DNA from: an uncultured Candidatus Saccharibacteria bacterium
Lineage (GTDB): Bacteria > Patescibacteriota > Minisyncoccia > Phycocordibacterales > UBA9973
DNA: 64,000 bases
Assembly: GCA_964404925.1 (NCBI GenBank)
Contig: CAYOLW010000003.1
Coordinates: 575 to 64,574 of the forward strand
Direction of reading: 5' to 3'
Shown here piece after piece: positions 47,506 through 57,095 of this stretch. The position numbers and the translations under genes are program-made. How positions within the stretch are numbered: the first letter of the stretch is position 1; each line of letters opens with the position of its first letter. The notes below the pieces were generated by a model. It had not been told where the DNA came from. It did no database searches and saw only the letters and a program-made list of their open reading frames with translations.

Positions 47506-50337
47506 TTAATTTAAAAGCGGGTTGTCAAACACAACACTTGCTGGAATCGTTGTGTCTGCGTTTATACCAAAAGCATCTACAATGCTACCGCCATTTAAAT
47601 CAAAAATACCAGTACCCTCATAATCAATATCCCAGGCCGTTGTTCCAGATGAGCTACTTTCACTTGCATGGAATTGCAATGTTGTAGTACCAGAACCAGA
47701 TACATAATTCGCGCTAACCTTTTGTTGACCGTTAAAATCGTTAATAATCTTTAATTTAGGTGTACCAATAACTAGAACAGGAGTATCAAAAGTTAAGTTA
47801 TAGTCAACTCTAAAATCTCCAACAACTTCGCCCTGCATTGGAAGTGGCCTATAATTAGCTGTACCAGACAATATTTTAGATGAAGAATTTATAGTTGTAC
47901 ACACATCAGAGAAAGAGAATGCACCGGCAACTGTTGGCACATTTTGTCCAGCAACATTTTTAATTGAAGAACCATTAATAAAAGATAAGTTTGCAACACC
48001 TTCATAATATTGGCCCCCTATTCCAGTATTTAAACCAGAACCAGTCTCTGCAATAAATTTTAGGGTTGTGAGGTCTGTTCCATCATATCCATTATAGGTA
48101 GCAGTTACTATTGGTGAACTAGAGTTTTTCTGAATTTTTAATTCCGGTACCCCAACAACAGTCACTGGCTCACTAAATTTTAGAAGATAAACATATGATT
48201 TTCCGCTTGATATCATACACAAATCAGAGACAGTTGTTTCATTTCCACCATTAGAAGAACAAGTGTCGCTAGAAACTCCCATATCAGGATCTGCGTCACC
48301 TCCACCAGAGCTACCAACAGACCCTAAAGCTGAATTGATAGTAAACACTCGAGAGGGAGGATCTACTTGAAGCCAATAATGACCAGTATAATCACTTATT
48401 AAATTAGTTGCTGCTGGTGCACTAAAATAAAGGTGATGTTCGTCATAATTTGTAAGGTTTGCTATTACATCTGGTGCAGAAGGGTTAAGTGGTTCAATTT
48501 TTAATCTAATTGAATTGTTATTTGCATTAGTTACATCAAGTTTTCTTGTATAATAGACAGTATATTTTGCTTCACTACCCACTAAATCAAGACATGGCTG
48601 ACCAATATATTTCATAGCACAAGTTCCACCAGTTGAATCAGCTCCTGATAGCATGTTAAGCAACATATTTTTACCAGAAGAGCCTTTCACACTACCACTG
48701 TTTGGATCAAAACTAAAGTTACCTAATATATTACTCCAACTAGAACCAGTAGTTAAATTAAAATGAAATGTAAGGGTGTCGCTAGGTACAGTACCAGATA
48801 CCAGTTTTCCAATAGCGGTTCCACCAGAATCTGATGGGTTCATTACAAGATTTAAAGCAGCTGTAGGAATAACAGGTTCTTTAAATTTAAGATTTACATT
48901 AAGACGAGGGCTGTCAAAACTTTCTCCACTGTATAGTTGGCTTGGTAATAAATCCACACTTGTATCAATAATATCATAAGAGCTACCTGAATTACTGCAC
49001 GTGTTTGAAAACCGGAATATATCAGTAAGTAAATTTAAGTCGACAGCCTCACCGGTACCGGATACTACTATTTTTGCTCCTCCAGTAGATTTCAAGGTAG
49101 CCTCTCCTTCATAATATATAGAACTCATTTGTCCAGCTGGGGCATGAAAACGAATTGTCTTACCAGACAAAGTACCATCTGGAGCACCAACATAAGTTGC
49201 TACAATCTTTTTGCTTGGTGCGTTATAATAACGAATAATTTCTAGCTTAAGACCAGAAGAGTACATAACATTAATTGGTTTATCAAAAGTTATTTCGTAA
49301 GCTACATTTCCTGTGCCACGGGCCGGGTAATCTACACACATATTCACTATGTTAGCGGCGTTCACTACAGTCGGTCCGGTCGGTATTATAGGACCACTGC
49401 TTTCACCTCCTGAAATAACACCCAGGTCTCCATTTTCATCCAAAAAACATTGGATACAGATATCTCCATTAGCTGATTTGGAGGCTAAATATTGTTCGAG
49501 AGTTAAAACCCCACTATTAATAGCATCAGCTACTTCAAATGACACTGGTACACAAATAGAGGTGTTTTTTACATTACCACACACATATACATTAGTAGCT
49601 TCAGAATTAGTACTTGAAAAATTTGTCCTAAAAGAGTTATTACCAGCAAGACTACTAACACCACTTGGTGAAATTGTGTAAAGTGCAACCCTTGCACCAT
49701 TCTTGGTTATTTTTGGTTTTGCTGTAACTTTTTTACCAGAAACTAATCCTTCTGAAACCTGAGTTAGCCCAACAGATGCTAAACTCTTCGAGAGAACCTG
49801 ATTAATTCCTTTTGGAGTAAATGGTATAGTAGCTAGCTTTGTTGTCTTAGTTGAGACATTAGTATTGTTTGCAGTGGTGGAAGATCCAACTAATTGAGAA
49901 GCAGTGTATTTTCTGAGAGCAATACGTATTACCGGATTTGCTTCACGTATGGAACTGTTTATAGGTAAAACTGCAAAAAGATTTTGAGATTCTTTTCCAT
50001 AAACACCGTCAGCTTTTATACCAAAAAATCGCTGTACTTCTTGAAGTGCTTTTTTGGTCTTTATACCACTAACTCCATCAACAGGACCTGGGTCTGTGCC
50101 TAGGTTTGTTAATTTTGCCTGTAGCAAAGCTATTAATGGATCATACCCTTTCTTTTTACCTAAAGAAGTTGCTGGTGCATCATCTTGTGCCATCACAGGA
50201 GTTGGGGTGTATTTTTTTACAACAGGATTAACTATCTTTGATACAGTAGAAGAATAAAGCTGACCATAAGAAATAAATGGAACAAACAAGCAAAACAAAA
50301 ATATAATTAGGTATTTTTTCACAAAATTAATATTCAC
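47506..50337 (-). CDS. secreted PGBD-family protein (paralog of 50892..53258)
   Basis: Signal peptide, PGBD (LIALLQAKLTNLG.DPGPVDGVSGIKTKKALQEVQ...DGVYG), shared linker ...KPKITKN...FRTNFSS...YVCG. C-terminal ...IFDNPLLN matches ...IFDNLLLN of 50892. Confidence 0.55.
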   Translation of the reverse strand: MNINFVKKYLIIFLFCLFVPFISYGQLYSSTVSKIVNPVVKKYTPTPVMAQDDAPATSLGKKKGYDPLIALLQAKLTNLGTDPGPVDGVSGIKTKKALQEVQRFFGIKADGVYGKESQNLFAVLPINSSIREANPVIRIALRKYTASQLVGSSTTANNTNVSTKTTKLATIPFTPKGINQVLSKSLASVGLTQVSEGLVSGKKVTAKPKITKNGARVALYTISPSGVSSLAGNNSFRTNFSSTNSEATNVYVCGNVKNTSICVPVSFEVADAINSGVLTLEQYLASKSANGDICIQCFLDENGDLGVISGGESSGPIIPTGPTVVNAANIVNMCVDYPARGTGNVAYEITFDKPINVMYSSGLKLEIIRYYNAPSKKIVATYVGAPDGTLSGKTIRFHAPAGQMSSIYYEGEATLKSTGGAKIVVSGTGEAVDLNLLTDIFRFSNTCSNSGSSYDIIDTSVDLLPSQLYSGESFDSPRLNVNLKFKEPVIPTAALNLVMNPSDSGGTAIGKLVSGTVPSDTLTFHFNLTTGSSWSNILGNFSFDPNSGSVKGSSGKNMLLNMLSGADSTGGTCAMKYIGQPCLDLVGSEAKYTVYYTRKLDVTNANNNSIRLKIEPLNPSAPDVIANLTNYDEHHLYFSAPAATNLISDYTGHYWLQVDPPSRVFTINSALGSVGSSGGGDADPDMGVSSDTCSSNGGNETTVSDLCMISSGKSYVYLLKFSEPVTVVGVPELKIQKNSSSPIVTATYNGYDGTDLTTLKFIAETGSGLNTGIGGQYYEGVANLSFINGSSIKNVAGQNVPTVAGAFSFSDVCTTINSSSKILSGTANYRPLPMQGEVVGDFRVDYNLTFDTPVLVIGTPKLKIINDFNGQQKVSANYVSGSGTTTLQFHASESSSSGTTAWDIDYEGTGIFDLNGGSIVDAFGINADTTIPASVVFDNPLLN

Positions 50338-50386
50338 TAATAATTAATACTAATATATCAAATTCACCCACAATAAAAATCTACCT

Positions 50387-50860
50387 TCATTTTCTTGACA
50401 GAATTACATAATCATTTGGAGAAAAAGTCGCTTTATCAGGATATGAGTAAAGTTTCCAAGCATTGTCTTTCAAAACACACCTAAACAATGAGTTAATTTC
50501 TGTGCCAGAATTAATAGGAGTAGTTATAACTACAAAACTTTTTACAGGTTCTTTTGGTGGTTTTCTTTTAATTTGAAGAAAAAGTGCTGGGCCGACTTGA
50601 TGAGGACAAGGAACGTATCCTTTATCTTTAGCCAAATTAATAATTTTTTCTAAATTCATGTCTTCTTTTAAGCCTAATTCACTACAAGTGAGTAAGATTA
50701 CTCTATCTTCAAAAGATCTTTTTTCTTTAACCATATTCTGTAGCATTGAATAAGCTGCTTCAGAACAAAAAGGTTTTATCTCTTCTTCTACTTGAGTATT
50801 AGATATATTAGGATCAACCTTGAATTCAGGTTGATGAATGTTGTTTTTAAGTTTTTCCAT
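50387..50860 (-). CDS. hypothetical small cytoplasmic protein embedded in the secreted-protein array
   Basis: 157 aa, no signal peptide or TM segment. Conserved Cys pairs (FCSEAA..., YVPCPH). No recognised motif. Confidence 0.4.
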   Translation of the reverse strand: MEKLKNNIHQPEFKVDPNISNTQVEEEIKPFCSEAAYSMLQNMVKEKRSFEDRVILLTCSELGLKEDMNLEKIINLAKDKGYVPCPHQVGPALFLQIKRKPPKEPVKSFVVITTPINSGTEINSLFRCVLKDNAWKLYSYPDKATFSPNDYVILSRK

Positions 50861-50891
50861 TACTACCTACAACTCTCTAAGAGTTTTTAAA

Positions 50892-53258
50892 TTAATTAAG
50901 AAGCAAATTATCAAATATAATTTGCGGAGGTAATGTAGTGTCAACGACAGCACTGTTTAAGTCTGTAATAGCACCACCATTCAACTCAATCTCACCAACC
51001 CCCTCATAGTCGACCTCCCATGATGTACCGGTTATATCTGGATCATCCCAGGCACGAAAAACAATAGCATTTGTACCAGAACCTCGATTATAAGGAGCTA
51101 CAACTTTACTTTCTCCAGTAGTATCGTTAGTAATTCTAATCCTTGGTTGCCCTGTTATAAACACTGGTTCACTAAATTGAATAGTGTACTCAGCACGATA
51201 CTCGACATCTGTTCCACTTACTGTATAGAGGCGATAGGATGCATAACCAGAAATAGGTTTAACATGGTTACCTGATGGTAAACAATTTTGTACTAAAGAA
51301 AATGTTCCTACACTTAGACTTACATCTTTACCGCTAACAGCTTTTATATTAGAACCATTAACTAAGCTTAGAGTTCCTGAACCGTAGTATTCAAGACCAT
51401 CTTCAATTTCTGTTCGGAATTTTAAAGAAGTATGTTCTGCGTCATCATAACCTAAAAATACAGCTGTTATAGGTTGAGATGCTGGGGAAGGTTTAATCAA
51501 TAAATTAGGCACACCAGTAACAACAACTGGCTCAGCAAACACAACCCTATAAGTAACACCTCCATTCATAGGATTACCATACTCATCATTTCTGTAATTC
51601 ATGCATATTCCAGAAACATTAACTGGAGGGTTGACTATTTCGTCACAAATTTTTAATCGATATATTTCGTAATTAGCCATTTTACCTTCTGGATCCCAGT
51701 CACTGCCTTCAAAAATCCATTTAGCAGTTGATGAAATACCAGGTATATCACCCCAAGGATATACACCGTGATCACCGATTGCAAATGTCTGTGCCCAAAC
51801 TGCACTTTTAATTTGGTTTAATACATCACTTAGGTTGAAATCAGCTGGATGTACAGGAACTGGTGTTGTTGTTTTTGTAACTTCAAAAACAGGAGTTCCA
51901 GTTTCATAGCTTTCTTCTCCAACTTTCAAACTGGCTAGAAATCCGTGTGTTACCCACCCATCATGAGCAGCCGCGAAATAAATATTTTTTGCATTAGTTG
52001 GTGCAGTTCCAGTATATTTTTCTGAACTTTTCCAACCTGGTTGAGTTCCGTTAGAGTTAGGGGTTGCTTCATCCCAATTCATATCAGAGCCTATTGATAA
52101 TAAACTTTCATTACCGCTTGAATCCCTTAGCCCCCAATAAGCATGAAATACATTATCACTTGTTACATTAAGATCATAAGATTTACCAAGAATATCACTT
52201 GCTGGAATACATGCCTCTGGATCAATTCCAACCGGAGTACCAGGAGGAGTTATAAATTCACCACTACCTGGACCACCTCCACCTCCACAACCACCGCCAG
52301 AAGTAATTGTTATGTTTCCATCATCATCCTTAGTACAAAAAGGGCAAGTTCCACCATCATCTGAACCTAATATTTCTGCAATAACAGCAGCTGCATCCAA
52401 CTGCCCCGCCTTAATTGCTTCAGCAATAGCCAAAGAAACAGCAACACAAGTATTGTCACCTTGATATTCAGCACATATGTTATATAAAGAAACTTCATCA
52501 ATAGCTTGATTGTAGTTTGAACCAAATCCATTAAAAGCTACGGTATTTACACCACTAGCTGTTACTAGTTTTACATTAGCCTTAGCTAATAAATCAGCTA
52601 TGGCCGCTTTGGGTTTTTTGGTAACAGTTTTTGGGTTAGTTGTTTTACTTACCACCTGCACTGTAGTAAATTTTGGAGCTTGAGGTAATGCCTTTGATAA
52701 AACAGAACTTACATCTTTGGGTAATTTTGCCAAAACTATTTTTGGTGTTGATACACTAGTTGCTGGATTTTTGGTTGGACTAGATGTTGTTATTTTATTA
52801 TTGTTTTTTCCAGAAAGAATGGTGAGTTGTTGTTGTTTTAAATACTGAACAACACCGTTATCGAGATTTTTAAGAGCAATACCTGTTGGTGCGTTCGCTA
52901 CATATAAGGCTGTTTTAGGACCAAATACTCCGTCAGCTGTTAGCACTTGTGTTTTTTTCTGAAAGTCTATCAAAGCTTTTTTCGTCTGAGGTCCAAAAGA
53001 TCCATCAATACCAATATTATATCCTTGGTTAAAAAGCCAGGCTTGAAGATATCGCACATCTTCTCCTTTCATTCCGACCTTCAAAACAGAACGTGCCGCA
53101 GCAGGCTTAGAAGACTCTCCTTGCTTAATGGCTTGGGAGTAAGATTTCTTTAGAACCGGGACAACCTGATGTGATACGGTCGAGCTAAACTGTGCTTTAG
53201 AGATTGCCGGGACCAGCAGTATTCCGAACAATATAAGAATGCTTAAATATTTTTTCAT
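50892..53258 (-). CDS. secreted PGBD-family protein: signal peptide + 2 PGBD-like segments + Gly-rich hinge + beta-rich C-terminal domains
   Basis: LKVGMKGEDVRYLQAWLFNQGYNIGIDGSFGPQTKKALIDFQKK..DGVFGPKT. CGGGGGPGSG hinge. C-terminal blocks paralogous to 47506..50337. Confidence 0.55.
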   Translation of the reverse strand: MKKYLSILILFGILLVPAISKAQFSSTVSHQVVPVLKKSYSQAIKQGESSKPAAARSVLKVGMKGEDVRYLQAWLFNQGYNIGIDGSFGPQTKKALIDFQKKTQVLTADGVFGPKTALYVANAPTGIALKNLDNGVVQYLKQQQLTILSGKNNNKITTSSPTKNPATSVSTPKIVLAKLPKDVSSVLSKALPQAPKFTTVQVVSKTTNPKTVTKKPKAAIADLLAKANVKLVTASGVNTVAFNGFGSNYNQAIDEVSLYNICAEYQGDNTCVAVSLAIAEAIKAGQLDAAAVIAEILGSDDGGTCPFCTKDDDGNITITSGGGCGGGGGPGSGEFITPPGTPVGIDPEACIPASDILGKSYDLNVTSDNVFHAYWGLRDSSGNESLLSIGSDMNWDEATPNSNGTQPGWKSSEKYTGTAPTNAKNIYFAAAHDGWVTHGFLASLKVGEESYETGTPVFEVTKTTTPVPVHPADFNLSDVLNQIKSAVWAQTFAIGDHGVYPWGDIPGISSTAKWIFEGSDWDPEGKMANYEIYRLKICDEIVNPPVNVSGICMNYRNDEYGNPMNGGVTYRVVFAEPVVVTGVPNLLIKPSPASQPITAVFLGYDDAEHTSLKFRTEIEDGLEYYGSGTLSLVNGSNIKAVSGKDVSLSVGTFSLVQNCLPSGNHVKPISGYASYRLYTVSGTDVEYRAEYTIQFSEPVFITGQPRIRITNDTTGESKVVAPYNRGSGTNAIVFRAWDDPDITGTSWEVDYEGVGEIELNGGAITDLNSAVVDTTLPPQIIFDNLLLN

Positions 53259-53290
53259 ATAACTTGTAAATAATTAATAATACCTAAAAA

Positions 53291-54640
53291 TTACTGTCCC
53301 ATACCCGGTAGAATAACAGTGAAATATACTTCATCATCTGGTTCAAGCGGAGTGCTTCCGCCGGGTGCAACACCCATTGTATAAACATTAAATTCAATTC
53401 GATCTGCTGTATTAGTATTTGAAAGAAGAATATATTTACCAGTAACTCCCTTACGTATAAACTGTGTTGATAATATATTATTTGAATCAATATTCAACCC
53501 TGTGCTTGCATTACAACCTGCACCAATACTATCAAAATGGGCTTTAAATTCAAAATTAGCGAGTGAACCATTAAAATTACATATGGTAACTTCTTTGTTA
53601 ATATCCGCTGGATTATTAGAAGAAAGTACCTTCGTTTTTACAATTTCCAAATTACTACCATTTAATCTAACAGAAAAAGCAAGCAAGCGATCTATACCAG
53701 TAAACACATTATCTGGTGAAGTAAACTGAACCCACCTTGCTCCACCAGGGAAACCTTCGTTATATATAAGAGTTATAGTTTGATTAGGTCTGAGTTTTAG
53801 ATCTTCGCCACCTGATAATTTAATTCGATTAGTTAAATTACATAATGAACTATTATTTTTTATGGTGAAAGTATTGCTTTGATTATTGTTGGTTATGTAT
53901 ACAATCCTCCCGTTAATATGTGAACCACCGGATGGTGGGGCAAATCCTTCAATCGTCATGGAGTTAGATCCATCCAGCTTAAAATAAGTCGCATTACCAA
54001 GTTCAAGGTTTGTTGTGTTACCAGTATTTACAGTAATTGCAAGAGTTGAGAGTAATAATTTTTTACCTATTTTAAAATCACTATCAGCTAAAATCAAATT
54101 ACCATTATCGCTAATACTAGAATTACCTAGAGTGTTCAATCCTGTAAATTTAGAAAGAAAATTAGCTTGTCCTGTACCATCATTGACTAAACCTCCTCCC
54201 CCTCCACCACCTCCACCAGTTCCAACTGGAACCCAGAATGATCCATCAAAGAAATAAAAACCTGGAGTATTGTCTGTTTGATATATTAAAAGTCCGATAG
54301 CAGGTGTTGCAATAAGGTCTCTCTGTGCTTTGTTCATACGTGGAGGTAAGAAACCTTTGGTAGTTGAACGAAGTTCTAATACAGATGAAGCGTTAGGAAC
54401 ATCTAATGCACCGAATATTCCATTCTCAACACCAACAATACTTGTATCAGAACGTAGTGCTCCAGCGATTAGTGCTCCTGATTTACGTTGAGCTGTTAGA
54501 CTTACATTTACTGGTGGTTCTGGATTAGCTCCTGGTGGAGTTGCAGTTGGATCTGTCCACACAGCCAATGCATGGAATGACAAAGCTAGTAGTGCTAGTA
54601 CTAGGGTGGACCTTAGGATTGTTTTAATATTTTGATACAT
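53291..54640 (-). CDS. hypothetical secreted protein with poly-Gly (G9) hinge
   Basis: Signal peptide MYQNIKTILRSTLVLALLALSFHALA. Motif region IGLLIYQTDNTPGFYFFDGSFWVPVGTGGGGGGGGG followed by beta-rich domain. No catalytic motif recognised. Confidence 0.4.
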   Translation of the reverse strand: MYQNIKTILRSTLVLALLALSFHALAVWTDPTATPPGANPEPPVNVSLTAQRKSGALIAGALRSDTSIVGVENGIFGALDVPNASSVLELRSTTKGFLPPRMNKAQRDLIATPAIGLLIYQTDNTPGFYFFDGSFWVPVGTGGGGGGGGGLVNDGTGQANFLSKFTGLNTLGNSSISDNGNLILADSDFKIGKKLLLSTLAITVNTGNTTNLELGNATYFKLDGSNSMTIEGFAPPSGGSHINGRIVYITNNNQSNTFTIKNNSSLCNLTNRIKLSGGEDLKLRPNQTITLIYNEGFPGGARWVQFTSPDNVFTGIDRLLAFSVRLNGSNLEIVKTKVLSSNNPADINKEVTICNFNGSLANFEFKAHFDSIGAGCNASTGLNIDSNNILSTQFIRKGVTGKYILLSNTNTADRIEFNVYTMGVAPGGSTPLEPDDEVYFTVILPGMGQ

Positions 54641-54705
54641 TGAATAATTATACTCTCTATTATTTTAATAATAAATACAAAACTGCTTTATTGTTGATTA
54701 TACCC

Positions 54706-55776
54706 TTATTTTTTTAAATCAACAAAGATAACTGATAAATTCCTTTTTCCATTCTTTGGGTCATCTCCGTAGTCTTTCAAGAAAATAATTGGTTGTCCTG
54801 TTTTTTTATCAAAAGCTACTGGCTCACCAAAGGTAGCCATTTCGTTAAAGTCTATACTTCGATCAATTTCAGTTGGAGCCATATACTCTTCAGTTGATTC
54901 GCCAGGTTTATTGGTTAAACCAAGTACCTCGCAGTTTGGACCTCTACAATAGTAACTATTTGAACTTCCTCCAGACAATGAAGTATTGGTACATTCCTCT
55001 GTGTGCTCACTGGTTGTGACACAAGTATACTTAGAGTTTGCAGGATCGGAAGATCCTTCAAAATTAGTATTAAATTCAGAAGATCCTGTGATAGTGTTGC
55101 CACCTGCAGTTATATTTATTGTATTAGACTGACTAGTGCCAAAATTCGTTTTTGGTTTTTTTGTTAAACTTGCTACCAGCGAACCAACGAAAGAAGAAGA
55201 ATTATTATTAGACCCTTCAGCGCCAGGTTGGTTCTTAGATAAAACATAAGTCAGAACACCCTTTGGAGTTGTTGGTAACTGAAAATTAGTGATTCCAATG
55301 AAACTATTCTTATTGGATGCTACTTGTTTACTGTTTTGCTTTAACTTATTTTTAAAGTCAGCAAATTCATCTGGTAGCACACTTTTAACATCAGATACTT
55401 TTTGATTAGTAAAACGATCAGAGAACATTCTGAGTGCACTGGCAGTAGCTGGTCCAAATACTCCATCAGATTTTATACCCAAATCTTTTTGTAGTTTTTT
55501 AATTGCTTGAATTGTTTTAGGTCCCACAACACCATCTGGTTCTCCAGGATTATATCCAGCATTTATGAGACCTACCTGAAGAAGCACATTCAGAGAATTA
55601 CTGTCGGAACTTTTCTTTATTACCTTACTGTCGCTCACATTATCTACCCCTCTATAAGAAGTTATAGTTTTACTAACGGTTGATTCTGTCTGACCAAAAA
55701 CAATCGTGGGTAACAGGAACAATCCTAATATAATTGTGCTTAAATATTTTTTCATATATTTTCTAAGATTTAACAT
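54706..55776 (-). CDS. secreted PGBD-family protein (short member)
   Basis: Signal peptide ...LLPTIVFGQ. PGBD LLQVGLINAGYNPGEPDGVVGPKTIQAIKKLQKDLGIKSDGVFGPAT. Shared linker KPKTNFG...FNTNFEGSS...YTC. Confidence 0.55.
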   Translation of the reverse strand: MLNLRKYMKKYLSTIILGLFLLPTIVFGQTESTVSKTITSYRGVDNVSDSKVIKKSSDSNSLNVLLQVGLINAGYNPGEPDGVVGPKTIQAIKKLQKDLGIKSDGVFGPATASALRMFSDRFTNQKVSDVKSVLPDEFADFKNKLKQNSKQVASNKNSFIGITNFQLPTTPKGVLTYVLSKNQPGAEGSNNNSSSFVGSLVASLTKKPKTNFGTSQSNTINITAGGNTITGSSEFNTNFEGSSDPANSKYTCVTTSEHTEECTNTSLSGGSSNSYYCRGPNCEVLGLTNKPGESTEEYMAPTEIDRSIDFNEMATFGEPVAFDKKTGQPIIFLKDYGDDPKNGKRNLSVIFVDLKK

Positions 55777-55781
55777 AAAAT

Positions 55782-57068
55782 TTAAGGTATATTTGCATAA
55801 GCGTCGGTAAGAGCTTTAATGTCGTTTGGGTTTGGGTGTTCGTTGCTTATACCAAAATTAACTGACTGTCCGTCACAATTTTGAGTACCGCCAACTATTG
55901 AATACGCGTAGTCCATTACACTACCCGTGTTTGGATTACAAAATTCAACGTCTTGATGATCTAATCCAAAAGAATGACCTAATTCATGACTAACGACGTA
56001 TTGTTGCTGAATGTGATTATTGTAAGAAGCAGTTTTCATCCAATGATCATTAATATAAACAGGCGCACTTATTATCTTATTACCATTCAAATTAACTTGA
56101 GTAACACCTACCCAGCCAGTTTCTCCGAAGTCACAGTTTTGAATTGATACTTTAATTGAATCACTACCATCTTGAGTGACAACTATTGGAGCTGCCTGAT
56201 TCCAGTCACGAAGAGCACGAGGTATAAATTGTGAATACACGGGTGACAACTGGTCATCTATACTTATCTTTACAGGTCTGGTCTGTGATGGCCAGTGACC
56301 AAAAAAGGCAACATTACTACCAGGACCCACGCCACCAAGCATTGCAGGGCTACATCTACCACCAGAATCAACACCAGTTTCATTACTATTTTTTATACCA
56401 TCAGAACACGTGCCTAATTCCTGCGCGGTAGGACCCCATGTTCCACAAGCTGCACCACCAGAACTACCCCCACCGCTTGTACCACCACCACTGGTACCAC
56501 CGCTACTACTGGTCGATGGTTTAACGCATTCTGGTAATTTTTCATTCAAATTTGAAAAATCTACTGGATAGTATTTCCTTGGATCTTCTGTCCCTGAACC
56601 CAAGGTATGTATTAATCCAGATTTTAATATAATTAAATCTGCGTTTGAATCAGTAAAATAATCTTTTGCACTTCTAGTACCGTTATGTTTATCGTAATAT
56701 ACAAAAGTAATTGGATTAGCAATCATACCATTACTTGGGCCAGAGAATTTTAACTCTGGGTGAACTAGCTTACCGTCGTAATTAGAATCTTTGGCATATA
56801 GAGATGGTAAATTGTTCTCAACGTAAAAATATCTTCCGTATGAAGTACCAATTTCATAAGTTATCATTATTGAGTCTGATTTAGAATCAACTTTTTTAGT
56901 TAAACAAGTTATCTGAGCATTCTTTTGTGCATCACCAGGACCACCATTTATTGGTTTATTTTTTAAACCAACAAAATTGACAGGCCCCAATGCATTGACA
57001 CTAGATTTTCCCAATGCAAAAAACATTACTATAACAACCAGACTTATCACAAAAAATAATTTTTTCAT
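55782..57068 (-). CDS. secreted metzincin-type zinc metalloprotease (paralogous catalytic domain to the C-terminus of 44427..47438)
   Basis: Signal peptide. Gly/Ser linker GGTSGGGTSGGGSSGG. GTCSDGIKNSNETGVDSGGRC. HELGHSFGLDH (HExxHxxGxxH) followed by SVMDY (Met-turn candidate). Confidence 0.65.
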   Translation of the reverse strand: MKKLFFVISLVVIVMFFALGKSSVNALGPVNFVGLKNKPINGGPGDAQKNAQITCLTKKVDSKSDSIMITYEIGTSYGRYFYVENNLPSLYAKDSNYDGKLVHPELKFSGPSNGMIANPITFVYYDKHNGTRSAKDYFTDSNADLIILKSGLIHTLGSGTEDPRKYYPVDFSNLNEKLPECVKPSTSSSGGTSGGGTSGGGSSGGAACGTWGPTAQELGTCSDGIKNSNETGVDSGGRCSPAMLGGVGPGSNVAFFGHWPSQTRPVKISIDDQLSPVYSQFIPRALRDWNQAAPIVVTQDGSDSIKVSIQNCDFGETGWVGVTQVNLNGNKIISAPVYINDHWMKTASYNNHIQQQYVVSHELGHSFGLDHQDVEFCNPNTGSVMDYAYSIVGGTQNCDGQSVNFGISNEHPNPNDIKALTDAYANIP

Positions 57069-57095
57069 ATTTTTATTAAAAATACATTCTATTTA

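Noticed and set aside
54190-54232. Poly-glycine tracts (here G9; also 52270-52300) as phase-variable simple-sequence repeats
   Set aside because: The glycines are encoded by mixed CCT/CCC/CCA/ACC codons rather than a pure mono- or tri-nucleotide repeat, so slipped-strand mispairing is unlikely. Reported only as protein hinges.
54706-57068. Idea that 55782..57068 (metzincin) and 54706..55776 (PGBD) are two halves of one split gene like 44427..47438
   Set aside because: Transcriptional order is metzincin first then PGBD. That is the reverse of the fused architecture, and each ORF has its own signal peptide, so they are independent genes.
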